Of a DNA stretch of 35,611 nucleotides, positions 24,761 to 34,466 are shown one piece after another (position 1 is the first letter of the stretch; the number at the start of each line of letters is the position of its first letter). Source of the stretch: a virus. Its lineage: Duplodnaviria > Caudoviricetes. The stretch is from the IMG/VR virus record IMGVR_UViG_3300032257_000068, positions 1 to 35,611 of that record. One strand, given 5' to 3'. The notes below the pieces were generated by a model that searched no databases, had not been told where the DNA came from, and saw nothing but the letters and a program-made list of their open reading frames with translations. A program made the translations under genes and the position numbers.

Positions 24761-25342
24761 CTAGTCTTCTAACCCTGCTGGAAATAAAAGAGTGCTTGTT
24801 GCGACTCTAGGTATTATTGAGCCGGTGGTATCATCTGCTGCGTTAGTCGTTCTACAATATATCTGAATCACCTCACCTGCCGCTACAGTTACATCTTCAT
24901 CAAAAGTAGATGAGCTAGTCGTGCTTCTTAACGTCCCTACCGCCACACCATCAACATAGATTCTACCATAGCCAGTTGTTCCCCCGCCTTTACCGCCACT
25001 AAAGTTTAAATTCATCCTAACGTTGTAAGTGCCTGCTCTAGGACAATAGATCTCACCTACTTTCACAAGGCTTGTAGAATTTGTAGTACCCCCGTCATTA
25101 GATTGATCTTGTCTATAAGATCCCGTTGCAGGTGTGGGCAATTTTGATGCTGTTATACCATTATCAATAATAGATGCGCCGGGGATAGTGTTGGTTGTTA
25201 TGGCTTGACCATCTATTTCAGGCGCTGTTGCATCACCTTCAGCAATAGCTAAAGGGTTGTTTCGCAGCTTAGTAAAAAGCGAAGCTGTTCCTGGTGATTC
25301 TGGATCAATCTCAGAGTCTGCTATTGCACTATATGCTGTCAT
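24761..25342 (-). CDS. Short tail fibre / receptor-binding-like protein
   Basis: IIDNGITASKL fibre-like segment, Thr/Gly/Ser-rich beta C-terminal domain; tail-tip position. Confidence 0.65.
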   Translation of the reverse strand: MTAYSAIADSEIDPESPGTASLFTKLRNNPLAIAEGDATAPEIDGQAITTNTIPGASIIDNGITASKLPTPATGSYRQDQSNDGGTTNSTSLVKVGEIYCPRAGTYNVRMNLNFSGGKGGGTTGYGRIYVDGVAVGTLRSTTSSSTFDEDVTVAAGEVIQIYCRTTNAADDTTGSIIPRVATSTLLFPAGLED

Positions 25343-25542
25343 TAATCGGCCTCAATCATTAGTAGCTTTCTTGTTACTGGTCGCTTACAAATAACTTGAA
25401 AATTATCTGCATGGAATGGTAACTTATCACCGTTCATTGTTGCAAGTTTCAGCCCGCCATAAAATTCACATTTCAAGCAAGACTCAATCTTTCGTAATGC
25501 AAATTCTTTTTCCGGGCATGGAATAACAACGCCCTGCGGCAT
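25342..25542 (-). CDS. Small four-Cys tail-region protein (66 aa)
   Basis: ATG at 25542 just after the hub stop; CP...CLKC...IC; the track's longer version overlaps the hub gene. Confidence 0.6.
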   Translation of the reverse strand: MPQGVVIPCPEKEFALRKIESCLKCEFYGGLKLATMNGDKLPFHADNFQVICKRPVTRKLLMIEAD

Positions 25543-25543
25543 T

Positions 25544-27280
25544 TTAAATGATTTTGTAACCATATGATCCATCTGAGAAATCCCCTGTATTTTCACATAT
25601 AAAAAAGTATAACGCTCTTTCGTTATCGCTTGCTGAGAAATAGTCTGGCGTAGCGTTTGGAGCGATAAAAATATAACGGCCATTAAACGATGATGTTTTA
25701 GCTTTGACCTTAAATTTTTGCCCTGCTGTTCTGCCTTCATTGACTTCTGTTACTTGAAATGTTTTTTCAATATTTGCGCCAGTTACACCCTGCATTGAGT
25801 TAATTTTGGCGCGTCCAGCAATAGCCAATTTTCCGTGATCCTTTTGCTCAAGCTCAAAGGTTATATGTTCAGGCGTATCAGAGAATCTTGCTAGCGTTCT
25901 TCCTGCTAGCTGAAGCGCATTAACGGATGAATCAAACCATCTAGAATATATAGTTTTGATCGTGTTTCCATATTGATCATCACTACCAAGATTTACATCT
26001 ATTGCAACTTGACCATTGGCAAAATTTTCCAATTCATCTTTTTCACTGTAGTCAATCTTTCCATAATAAACACGCACTTCTGTAAAGCGCTCATCTGAAA
26101 CCCGCTCTACTTTGAAGCTTCCTTTTATTATATTGGATGTCTCTGTAAAAGTGTTTATTGTTTCGCCTGGCGCTTCAGGTGCCAAAGCGTTCAAATTTAA
26201 TTCTTTGGCAACTGGATCCCAGTGCAGATCAAACATAAACGACTCGCACCATTCACTAATTACTTTTTCGATGCTTTCAGGACGCATCAAAATACCTTTT
26301 ACATTTGCATTTAGCAGCCATAGCGCCTCTTCTGTATCCCAATCTGTTGTTGGTATATATGATGCAGGAATCCCTGCGCCAGTGACCAATATTTCATAAA
26401 GCGCATCTGTAACATTATTTGTCCCATCCCATGAAGCACAAAGCTGCACAACATCATTTGCGCTGTGTGGCTTTGCTTCTGTGCCCCATTCATTACGCGT
26501 TAAAGTTAGAACGTCACCGGATCGGGTAAAACCAACAACCTCTTTTCCGATTGACGCGTAGCCGCTTGCAGGGTATTCGCTGTTTCCAATTCCTGAAGGG
26601 GTAAGCGTTGCAGTCGTCGCGCCTACTGTAATAGCAGAAAGTAATTTTCCAGTACTTAGTGCAGGATATTTTGCTTTCCTGTCGTATGTTCTAACAAGAA
26701 TATCCTTAGCTATAACTGTAACCATTCCATCGTTTGGCCCGTCAATATCAGTAATATCATATTCGTGAATTTCAAAATCAGACCATGAAAAAGTTTGGCC
26801 AATATAACCATAATAAATCTTTAACGTCCTTCCCTCGTAATATGGATTTCTGGCTAACCACTTACCCCAAAAAGTACCTTGGTTTTCTGGCGTGTAGGTT
26901 CTGTCTGCAACAGATTTATCAATGCCGCGATCATGGTGCGTGCTATCTTTTATGTTTACACGTACAACCGATCTTTTCCCTAACCCTGATCCGCCTGTTA
27001 TTGATGTGCTTGATTTTTCAATTTCGCCGCTAATAAAAGGAAATATATTTTCGCCTATCGGCAAATCAACCGATGGCTGGCTAAAAATATATTCTTTTGT
27101 TGTTTTTGTGTAATTTGTTGGATCGTTACAAGACACCCTTGTATTGAAACATTTATTATCACCTGTTTCTGTTGATGTGCAAGGTGAAGTGCCTTCTGTT
27201 AATGAACAATAATCACAAACAAGCCCGGCCATGACTGCCGTTTTTTTGCCTGGCTTGACTTTTTCTGTATCATAGCTCAT
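25544..27280 (-). CDS. Tail tip / baseplate hub protein with Cys-rich N-terminus
   Basis: 578 aa, second gene after the tape measure; CDYC...PC...KCFNT..C; GTFWGKWLARNPYY. Confidence 0.75.
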   Translation of the reverse strand: MSYDTEKVKPGKKTAVMAGLVCDYCSLTEGTSPCTSTETGDNKCFNTRVSCNDPTNYTKTTKEYIFSQPSVDLPIGENIFPFISGEIEKSSTSITGGSGLGKRSVVRVNIKDSTHHDRGIDKSVADRTYTPENQGTFWGKWLARNPYYEGRTLKIYYGYIGQTFSWSDFEIHEYDITDIDGPNDGMVTVIAKDILVRTYDRKAKYPALSTGKLLSAITVGATTATLTPSGIGNSEYPASGYASIGKEVVGFTRSGDVLTLTRNEWGTEAKPHSANDVVQLCASWDGTNNVTDALYEILVTGAGIPASYIPTTDWDTEEALWLLNANVKGILMRPESIEKVISEWCESFMFDLHWDPVAKELNLNALAPEAPGETINTFTETSNIIKGSFKVERVSDERFTEVRVYYGKIDYSEKDELENFANGQVAIDVNLGSDDQYGNTIKTIYSRWFDSSVNALQLAGRTLARFSDTPEHITFELEQKDHGKLAIAGRAKINSMQGVTGANIEKTFQVTEVNEGRTAGQKFKVKAKTSSFNGRYIFIAPNATPDYFSASDNERALYFFICENTGDFSDGSYGYKII

Positions 27281-28041
27281 AGCGTTCCCTCGAACGCTAA
27301 ATGAAGATCCATATATAAAGAATCAATATAAGTTGGCGCTCTTGGTTTTTCAGTAACCCATGCAAGAACCGCTTCACTAGAATAATTATCTGGATCCCAT
27401 GATAAAATAAAAGGTTTTGGCGTTATTGCGTGATCGATAAATGGTTTCCATGTTGATCTGATCCATGCTGGATCTATATAGGTTAATGTGAAATCACCTG
27501 TTATGCCTTTGCTTACTTGTGAGCCACCAAGAAAAACGCCCTTTTCAGAAACAGCCGTTCTTAAATCAACATCTGGAACAATAGAAGGTGGAGCAAATCC
27601 AATTTCCATTGAATGAGGCAAATCTAAGGATTGACCAATCATAACACCAGCAATTGCAGCAATTGTTGTTGGGTTAGTTACCACTATACGCCAATCGGCG
27701 GCGCTTACTGATGTAAAATCAATAAACAATGTATTATTATCTGTTGGGGTTACAGCACTAAAAGCATCACTCCATGATGTTCCGCCGTTAGTTGAATACT
27801 GTGCTTTAATGCTTGAACCGTGATCTGATAAATCATGACCAAATATCGCCATGTAATCCGCATCTTTAGCAGCGCCGAATGAAGCCCGGATCCAACTGTC
27901 ACCAGTTGCTGTTGGCTTCCACCAATCATAACCGAACCAATCAAAAGCATTTTCTTTTTCAAAGCCTGTTGCTTCAGTTGACGCTGTAACTGTCACACCT
28001 GATTCGACGTATAAATTATGATATCCAATTTTGCCCGGCAT
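27277..28041 (-). CDS. Distal tail protein with a carbohydrate-binding-like insertion
   Basis: First gene after the tape measure; WWKP...WIRASFG...QYSTNGGTSWSD resembles F5/8-type modules. Confidence 0.65.
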   Translation of the reverse strand: MPGKIGYHNLYVESGVTVTASTEATGFEKENAFDWFGYDWWKPTATGDSWIRASFGAAKDADYMAIFGHDLSDHGSSIKAQYSTNGGTSWSDAFSAVTPTDNNTLFIDFTSVSAADWRIVVTNPTTIAAIAGVMIGQSLDLPHSMEIGFAPPSIVPDVDLRTAVSEKGVFLGGSQVSKGITGDFTLTYIDPAWIRSTWKPFIDHAITPKPFILSWDPDNYSSEAVLAWVTEKPRAPTYIDSLYMDLHLAFEGTL

Positions 28042-30017
28042 TATGAAATCACCAAACGGCTAACGCCGCCCATGTCTTCAACTGTCTTTGCTAGATTCTC
28101 AACTAGTTTTCGCATTGGCTCCGATCCCGGCGCATCGCCTTCAAATACAACTCTTAATTCTCCGCCTTGCCCGCTTGTTTGTTGCGATGGCGCTGATGGT
28201 GGTGCTTGCTCTGCTGTTGGGGTAACACCTGTTGCAGCTGCTGCACCTACTGATGGAAGTGAAGATCCGCCTGTTGAGCCGCCGCCAAATTGCTGTGATT
28301 TAATTCTTTTAACTTGTGCCAGGCCTTGAGTTAAAGCAATAGCACCCATTGCGAGCCCAACAGGAAAAAATGGCTGTGTAGCAAGTCCAGACGCAACCGC
28401 TTGATACGTATTTATAATGCTATTAGCCAACGCTGCTTTCTTCGCGATCTCGAATTGCTTCTTTCCGCCTGTGCTCATTAGGCTTTCAAGCGCCCCCAAT
28501 GCTGATTTAGTCAAACCAATTCTTGATTGCGCCTCAGCTTGCGCGATAGCGTTCATTCTGTCTGCACGCTCTTCATTTAATCCAACAAGCCTTTCTGCGT
28601 GCTCTTCTTCAGTTATAAATTCAAGTTCCTTTGCTTCTTTTAATAAATCTTTTTCATTAAGATAGCGCTCTTCCATTAATTCAAATTCAGTTTTGTTTCT
28701 ATTACGGATTCGCTCAAGACCTGATTCAATTCTTTCTTCTTCTGCAAGATCTTGCTCAGCAAGTTTTGCTATTTCCTCATCCTTTAAAAGAAAAACGCCA
28801 CTTGCTGAACCTGTTGTTTCCGCTGCTGCTGGCACACCAGATCCGGCGCTTGGTACATCATCCTGAATGCCCGCTGCTCTTGCTGCTGCTGCGCCTGCTG
28901 CTTTTTGCGCCTCTTCATTTAAAGTCCTGCGCCATTCAAGCTGCTCTGCAAGTTTTTCATTTAATGCTGCAATCTCTTCTTTTTCTTTTGTTCTATCTAC
29001 TCCGAAAAAAGCAGACCAGCCCGAACTGGCTTCAAGCTGAAAGTTTGCAGCTCTTAATAGTTTTTCTGTTTCCTCAATCTCTTCATTTATTTTTTCAAAT
29101 GATGTGCCGCCGCTGGTCATTTGCTGGAATGTTTTTCCTAGCTCAGTTGACCATTTAAAGGTCGCAGTAAATGCTTTTGCCAGCTCCGCAGTTATTGTAA
29201 TAAGTGATGAAGTTAAATCATCAAAAGCAGCCTTGGTTGATGGATCCTTTAATACATCAGTTAAATCTTCAATTGAATCTTTTGCAGAGGTAAGGTTTCC
29301 GCCATCTCCTTCAAGCAGATCACCAAAAGCATTTTTAAGTCCTTTAAGCGCTCCGCCGAAAGTATCACGCGCTGCTTTTGCTGACCCGCCAAATTGAGTT
29401 TCTAGTTCTTCAAGAATAATAGCTTGTGCAGCCGCTAGATCGCCAGATTCTTGAAGGCTTTTAATGACTTCTTTTTGGTCTTTGCTGAACTGGATTCCAG
29501 TACGACTTAACGCGCCTAAGTTTGCAACCGGATCATTTAAAGCTTTGCCAAGCTGAATTGCTGAAGATTTTAAATCTTGCCCCATCGCTTGAGACACATC
29601 AAGAACCGCCTGCGTAGTACGGGGTAAGGCTTCGCCTTGAATTTTAGTAAATGTTAAAAGTAAGGATTGAGCGCCAATAATTGCTTCATCACCAAACGTT
29701 GTAACTTCTTGAAGTGATGCCGCTAAATTTTGAAGTTCTGAAGAGGTAAAACCTGCCGTCCCACCTGTTGATTTTATAGTTGCATCAAGCTGTGCAACAA
29801 CTCGCTCTTGTTCAATAGCCAGGCCAATGACGGATTTAAAAACAGCACCAAGGCCAACCGCACCAAGAACACCGCCGAGCGCTGAATATGATTTTTTTAG
29901 TCGGCCTGCCTGCTTCTCGTTTCGCTTACCTTGCTTTTCTAATTTTGCAAGACGTTTATCAGCTTTGACAATAGCGTTTGATTTTACTTCAAGCCCTAAT
30001 ACTGCAATCTCAGCCAC
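28041..30017 (-). CDS. Tail tape measure protein
   Basis: 658 aa Ala/Leu-rich helical protein, QLGKALNDP and LETQFGGSA motifs; follows the chaperones. Confidence 0.92.
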   Translation of the reverse strand: MAEIAVLGLEVKSNAIVKADKRLAKLEKQGKRNEKQAGRLKKSYSALGGVLGAVGLGAVFKSVIGLAIEQERVVAQLDATIKSTGGTAGFTSSELQNLAASLQEVTTFGDEAIIGAQSLLLTFTKIQGEALPRTTQAVLDVSQAMGQDLKSSAIQLGKALNDPVANLGALSRTGIQFSKDQKEVIKSLQESGDLAAAQAIILEELETQFGGSAKAARDTFGGALKGLKNAFGDLLEGDGGNLTSAKDSIEDLTDVLKDPSTKAAFDDLTSSLITITAELAKAFTATFKWSTELGKTFQQMTSGGTSFEKINEEIEETEKLLRAANFQLEASSGWSAFFGVDRTKEKEEIAALNEKLAEQLEWRRTLNEEAQKAAGAAAARAAGIQDDVPSAGSGVPAAAETTGSASGVFLLKDEEIAKLAEQDLAEEERIESGLERIRNRNKTEFELMEERYLNEKDLLKEAKELEFITEEEHAERLVGLNEERADRMNAIAQAEAQSRIGLTKSALGALESLMSTGGKKQFEIAKKAALANSIINTYQAVASGLATQPFFPVGLAMGAIALTQGLAQVKRIKSQQFGGGSTGGSSLPSVGAAAATGVTPTAEQAPPSAPSQQTSGQGGELRVVFEGDAPGSEPMRKLVENLAKTVEDMGGVSRLVIS

Positions 30018-30339
30018 TGTTCCGCCTTATATATTCAATCTTTAATATTAATGATGCTTCAAATGGTGATAATAAAGATCCTGTCACTCTTTGATAGGCA
30101 TCAAGTTCAACGTAGCCAACTTTTTCACATGCTTGACTGATTTCTATGTATTGATTCCATAAATACACCAGTTCATCCGGCAAGGCCGGTTTATCAAGTA
30201 AACCTTCAGGTTTTATGCCTGATGATTTTTCTGCTTGTTCCCAATGTTTTATTCGACTAACTTTTGAGTCTTTTTCAAAGCCATGAGCGTAAAAGCTCCA
30301 CTCTGCATATTTTAAAAGCTCTTCAGTTAGTCCTTGATA
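30010..30339 (-). CDS. Tail assembly chaperone -1 frameshift extension (lambda gpT-like)
   Basis: Open -1 frame of 109 codons YQGLTEELLKYAEW...PALPDELVYLWNQY...RRNSG with no ATG; missing from the track. Confidence 0.8.
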   Translation of the reverse strand, partial: YQGLTEELLKYAEWSFYAHGFEKDSKVSRIKHWEQAEKSSGIKPEGLLDKPALPDELVYLWNQYIEISQACEKVGYVELDAYQRVTGSLLSPFEASLILKIEYIRRNSG

Positions 30340-30677
30340 AAATTTTTCCTGTTACCAATAAAAGCATCAACTTGATTCATTATATATGGAGCGTTTTTGT
30401 ATAATTGAAAAACTTTTTCTTTGCTAAAATTTAGCGGTTTTCCATTCTCCTCAAAACCCCTCCAGTCCAAAGTTGAATCAGTGAAAAGTTTAACGTCTAC
30501 ATCGTCATCACCTTTTAATGCAAGTCTGTTGCTCTTGCTTAGGAATCTTCGCCATACTTTCGAGTCAAGACCCACTACAGTTAAGTACATATCAACAAGA
30601 TTTCCGGTCTTGTCCTTAATCTGCATTTCTGCGCCTTCTTCGTGATCCTTTACAGTATAAAGTTGATCAATATTCAT
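30327..30677 (-). CDS. Tail assembly chaperone (lambda gpG-like)
   Basis: Between tail tube and tape measure; ends QVDAFIGNRKNF. Confidence 0.85.
   Translation of the reverse strand: MNIDQLYTVKDHEEGAEMQIKDKTGNLVDMYLTVVGLDSKVWRRFLSKSNRLALKGDDDVDVKLFTDSTLDWRGFEENGKPLNFSKEKVFQLYKNAPYIMNQVDAFIGNRKNFIKD
30339..30345 (-). other. Programmed -1 ribosomal frameshift slippery site A-AAT-TTT
   Basis: X XXY YYZ heptamer in frame just before the last three codons of the chaperone. Confidence 0.75.
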
Positions 30678-30691
30678 TTTAAATCCTTCTA

Positions 30692-31633
30692 TTAAACTGG
30701 GTTACGCTCAAGAGTTATGTTCGAGCCTTCTGTTGCATCATACAATGCTGTGAATGGTAGTGCTATTGTAACCTCACCATCACCATCAACATCAGGCTGA
30801 CCGCCTGTATAGATAATATTGGCAAATGTGAAATCATACTGGTTGCCAGCTGGATCAAGAATTACCAACTGAAGGCTTGATGCCGTTTCGTTTATAAATT
30901 TTTCAAGCAGTGTTTTGCTTTGGAAAAATGCCGTAACTGTTCCAGTTACTCGGCACTTGCCAATTCCTGGTTCTAACGTCTTATCATCACCAACAACAAA
31001 CAATGGATTTAGGCCATTCTCAAGCGTGAAATCTAAGGCGGTAACGATAGCAATAGGTGATCCACCTTCGCTGATGGTGCCTGTGAATGAGTCAAATGGC
31101 TCAGTGGTTGTTGCTGCTCCATAAGTTGCACCAGTGATTATTGCGGTGGCTATACTCTGATCTTGAGCAACACAATTAAATGAACCTGTAATGATTGCAT
31201 CAGGGGCAATACTTAACGAAAAAGAATTTATTTCGCAGCCTGTGAACCGATGATACTCAGGCGTATCAAGGTTTCCAAATAACCGTTCAACCGTAAAGGA
31301 TCGGCGTGTTGTACCAACCTGTAGTTGGTCGGTTCCAGCTGATGGCGTATCAGTTGCCCATGTTCCACCAAAAGCCGCTTCAAATAAATCATCGAACGTG
31401 CCATAAGACAATTCAAAGGGAATTTCGCCAGCAACATTTTTGTTGCCATGTCGAAAGTTTGCTATTTGTCGATCTGATCGTACTTCTGCCGACTCAAGCG
31501 CACTTTTAGAAAGCCCCAAAGAAAAACCAGTGTGGCGTATATTTGTAAAAGCTGGCGTTGCAGGCGTTGTTCCATATGTACTTTCTGCAATAAAACCTGC
31601 TGAGTGCTGGGCACCTGTTGCTGTAGTTGGCAT
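30692..31633 (-). CDS. Major tail tube protein
   Basis: ESTYGTTP, SAEVRSDRQ, RRSFTVER, FTGC.INSFSL motifs; no sheath gene, so a non-contractile tail. Confidence 0.9.
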   Translation of the reverse strand: MPTTATGAQHSAGFIAESTYGTTPATPAFTNIRHTGFSLGLSKSALESAEVRSDRQIANFRHGNKNVAGEIPFELSYGTFDDLFEAAFGGTWATDTPSAGTDQLQVGTTRRSFTVERLFGNLDTPEYHRFTGCEINSFSLSIAPDAIITGSFNCVAQDQSIATAIITGATYGAATTTEPFDSFTGTISEGGSPIAIVTALDFTLENGLNPLFVVGDDKTLEPGIGKCRVTGTVTAFFQSKTLLEKFINETASSLQLVILDPAGNQYDFTFANIIYTGGQPDVDGDGEVTIALPFTALYDATEGSNITLERNPV

Positions 31634-31635
31634 TT

Positions 31636-32058
31636 TTACGTCCTCGCTTGAGTAAATGTTCTATATATAATTTCTATTGTAACTTGAAACCAGCCCTCTG
31701 CATTAACAGTACCGGCCAATCTGCTTACATTCCTTATTGTGATCACTCTAGAATTATAGATCAATTCTGTACCACGTTTGAACCGATCAGCAATAGTGTC
31801 TGCCATCATGACCGCCTCATTTTTTCCCATTCCAGCTTTTGAAAATATATCAATTTGATATACTCCATTGCTTAAATCTGTGCCATCTGTTCCGAGTGAT
31901 GATTGAACTGTTTCACCGGGTAGCAATTTTGGCCTGATCCATAGAGTACCACCGGAAGGCTCAAAATCATAATTTTCCCACGCAACACCATCAGGCAAGC
32001 AATCCATTCTTTCTAAGTGGCCATCAAGGGCTGCGCTGATATCAAGAAATACACTCAT
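31636..32058 (-). CDS. Tail terminator protein (DUF4128-like)
   Basis: VAWEN..F.P, GVYQIDIF...G.G...ADTIADRFKRG. Confidence 0.8.
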   Translation of the reverse strand: MSVFLDISAALDGHLERMDCLPDGVAWENYDFEPSGGTLWIRPKLLPGETVQSSLGTDGTDLSNGVYQIDIFSKAGMGKNEAVMMADTIADRFKRGTELIYNSRVITIRNVSRLAGTVNAEGWFQVTIEIIYRTFTQART

Positions 32059-32450
32059 TTGTTTTTTCTCGTTTGTTGTCTCACTATATCCTGATATTCT
32101 GCAACAGTAACTTTTAGCATTCCTGCTGGCGCTTGATTACTTCCACCATTTTCAATATCTTCTGCATACTCTAAATTATTAACAATAAATAAAGATTTTC
32201 CAATCTGTAGCCCATCAATAACAAAGCCGCCCTTGTTTATCGTTGGCCCGCCGTTTTGATCCGTATCTTCTGTTGTGCCTGTCGGCGCTTTGCCTATATT
32301 AACTTGCCAGTTTCCGCGAAGCCTTCCAGTGTCGACCGGCGTTCTAAGGATTACTTTACCAAGCAAAGAAAGCGCTGTTCCGCGAAAAACTTTTTCAGTC
32401 CTTTCTTTTGTTTTAGATCTAAATTTTCTTATATCGCCAGCAAAACTCAT
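32055..32450 (-). CDS. Neck/tail completion protein (HK97 gp10-like)
   Basis: TPVDTGRLRGNW, NNLEYA..IE.G.S.QAPAGM. Confidence 0.88.
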   Translation of the reverse strand: MSFAGDIRKFRSKTKERTEKVFRGTALSLLGKVILRTPVDTGRLRGNWQVNIGKAPTGTTEDTDQNGGPTINKGGFVIDGLQIGKSLFIVNNLEYAEDIENGGSNQAPAGMLKVTVAEYQDIVRQQTRKNK

Positions 32451-32803
32451 CGTCTTAACTGTATATCATAGATCACCACCGTTCCGCCTGGCGAAAGTGG
32501 TTTTACATCTTTTACTGTGTATTGATGCCCATCAATAACGCAAGTATCGTTTTGTTTTGGGATCGTGGTTGTTGCCTCAAGCAGTAAATTCAAATCGCCT
32601 TTTTTTATTAACTCACCATCAATCATTGAATTTATATAAGATAATGGCGCTCCATAACCAGAATAAGTTTCTGTGTATGTTTCATGCTGTCCTAATCTTG
32701 CATCAAAATGATTGGTTTTTATGGCAGTAAAAGTTATTTGCTGGCCTTTTGATTGCAGCAAAGTTGAGGCTGTTGCTTGAAGGCTTCCATAGAAGCTAGG
32801 CAC
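32447..32803 (-). CDS. Head closure / head-tail joining protein
   Basis: IDGELIKKGD...LSPGGTVVIYDIQLRR; position. Confidence 0.78.
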   Translation of the reverse strand: MPSFYGSLQATASTLLQSKGQQITFTAIKTNHFDARLGQHETYTETYSGYGAPLSYINSMIDGELIKKGDLNLLLEATTTIPKQNDTCVIDGHQYTVKDVKPLSPGGTVVIYDIQLRR

Positions 32804-33287
32804 GTATCACCTCTGCATTAATTCCAGATCCTGCCATTATTAGCTTTGTCAATTTATAAGCCGCTGCTTTCAAGTAAGTTTGAGATCTGGCGCCATCCAT
32901 ATATTCAACCTCAATTGCGCCTACTTTTTCTTTTTTTGTTTCACGTGAAACATCAGCCAAAGGGCTGTTTCCAGCATCAACACCAATAGCAATTTCACAT
33001 AAAGCATCGATCAATAATTGCGGTATCTCATTGTAATCAATAGAAAACCCATCAATAAATACACTTAATCGCGGCCATTGAAGCGCCTGCGCTTCGCTGT
33101 ATTTTGATCCTTTAAAGTTTTGCTGTTCTAGATAATCCATAGCTCTCAATAATATTTGAGTCTGCAAAGCTTCAGTTGTGGCGGTCAGAGTGATCCCCCT
33201 TGCGCTAGCATATGCGGCCAAATCTGCCTCGCTGACGTAACTGTTAGCTGTCGCGCTGCCGGTTCCTGTTTCTACTATTACAGCCAT
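32796..33287 (-). CDS. Head-tail adaptor (family often annotated DnaT-like)
   Basis: VETGTG...ANSYVS, AMDYLE, QALQWPR, KKEKVGAIEVEY. Confidence 0.85.
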   Translation of the reverse strand: MAVIVETGTGSATANSYVSEADLAAYASARGITLTATTEALQTQILLRAMDYLEQQNFKGSKYSEAQALQWPRLSVFIDGFSIDYNEIPQLLIDALCEIAIGVDAGNSPLADVSRETKKEKVGAIEVEYMDGARSQTYLKAAAYKLTKLIMAGSGINAEVIRA

Positions 33288-33301
33288 GCCGATCTATACC
33301 C

Positions 33302-33556
33302 CTATTCTGCTGTGTTTTCGTCAATCAAGTCTTGTAGATCAGCCTTACTTGCATTTGATGCGTACTCTAAACCAACATCATCAAGATAAGCTTTCATTTG
33401 ATTTTTAGTCATGTTTTTTGCTGGCTCTTGGCTTTCGGTTAAAGCAGGCTCTTCAGCGTCAACTAAAATATGTTTTTCTTTATCGTAATCTGATTTATTG
33501 ATCACGGTATATCCGTTATCAGATTTAACTCGAACAGTTGCTAATATTTCTGACAT
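33302..33556 (-). CDS. Small protein with C-terminal HeH/SAP-like helical motif
   Basis: MTKNQMKAYLDDVGLEYASNASKADL. Confidence 0.7.
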   Translation of the reverse strand: MSEILATVRVKSDNGYTVINKSDYDKEKHILVDAEEPALTESQEPAKNMTKNQMKAYLDDVGLEYASNASKADLQDLIDENTAE

Positions 33557-33571
33557 CTTAAACGCTCCTTT

Positions 33572-33865
33572 TTAGCTAAATATAAACGTAATTGCTTTTG
33601 TTAGGATGCGGCCATCAGAGGTTGTTATTGTACACTCAACCTCATAAGTTCCAGCAGTATCACCATCAACCCAAATAGTTACGCTTGTATTTGCATCCGT
33701 CAAACTGTCTGCGGGTATTGTTACACCAGTAGGCACAGTTAAAACATAGCTTGAAATCGTTTCGCCTGATTGCAGCCAGTTTGATTTTTTGGTTGCATTT
33801 GTTAATGGCGCGAAATCAAATTTATAGTCTAACTTATCCCGCAGATCCTGATCGAATGTTGGCAT
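33572..33865 (-). CDS. Putative fibre adaptor protein (Ig-like)
   Basis: LDYKFDF...WL..GETISS...TIWVDG..G.Y.V.C.ITTSDGR pattern; function inferred. Confidence 0.65.
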   Translation of the reverse strand: MPTFDQDLRDKLDYKFDFAPLTNATKKSNWLQSGETISSYVLTVPTGVTIPADSLTDANTSVTIWVDGDTAGTYEVECTITTSDGRILTKAITFIFS

Positions 33866-33876
33866 ATATCACCCTA

Positions 33877-34245
33877 TTAAGTAGGATCTGCAATTTCAAT
33901 GTCCCATGCTGGGAAATTGACCGTATTGCCTGAAGTTAGAGCCTGGCTTGTGCAAGTTGTTACATACAGTAAACGCGTAGCATCAACCAGTGCAACGTGC
34001 GTTGCTGTGCCTGTTGTGTCAACTGTAACACCTGATTTTGCTGCAACAGTAACTTTTCGCCCTGAAGTATCGCCAGCCGCTTTTGTGTAATCTGTGTTGA
34101 TAGTCATAGCAACATCAGCAAGGGCATAAGTCGTGACCGCTTCAGTTCGCGTTGTTGGTTCTGCACTACAGGCCGTCATAAGGTTAGCCTGATCAACAAC
34201 ATCAAAGGCACCGTCTAAAACATCATCATGAACTGATTTTGCCAT
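33877..34245 (-). CDS. Virion structural protein of the fibre cluster
   Basis: Thr/Ala-rich, GTATHVAL, LTSGNTVNFPAWDIEIADP. Confidence 0.7.
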   Translation of the reverse strand: MAKSVHDDVLDGAFDVVDQANLMTACSAEPTTRTEAVTTYALADVAMTINTDYTKAAGDTSGRKVTVAAKSGVTVDTTGTATHVALVDATRLLYVTTCTSQALTSGNTVNFPAWDIEIADPT

Positions 34246-34250
34246 TTCTT

Positions 34251-34463
34251 TTACTCCATGTTATCCGTTAGGCCTAACACTGAATTTTGAATATCAAGCG
34301 TTACGGGTTTATCTGATGGCGCGTTATCTTCGCCAGTGTCAACATTTTTTGCCCATCCATTAGCAACCATCATTTTCCCAACTTCATCTGGAACGGTTAC
34401 TGAATCGCCTGTTTCAAGGTAATATGGATGGTGTTTTATTTTCTCTTTGGCTTCGATTTTCAT
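34251..34463 (-). CDS. Small hypothetical virion-cluster protein
   Basis: GDSVTVPDEVG..MVANGWA; GAGGA RBS. Confidence 0.65.
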   Translation of the reverse strand: MKIEAKEKIKHHPYYLETGDSVTVPDEVGKMMVANGWAKNVDTGEDNAPSDKPVTLDIQNSVLGLTDNME

Positions 34464-34466
34464 ATT

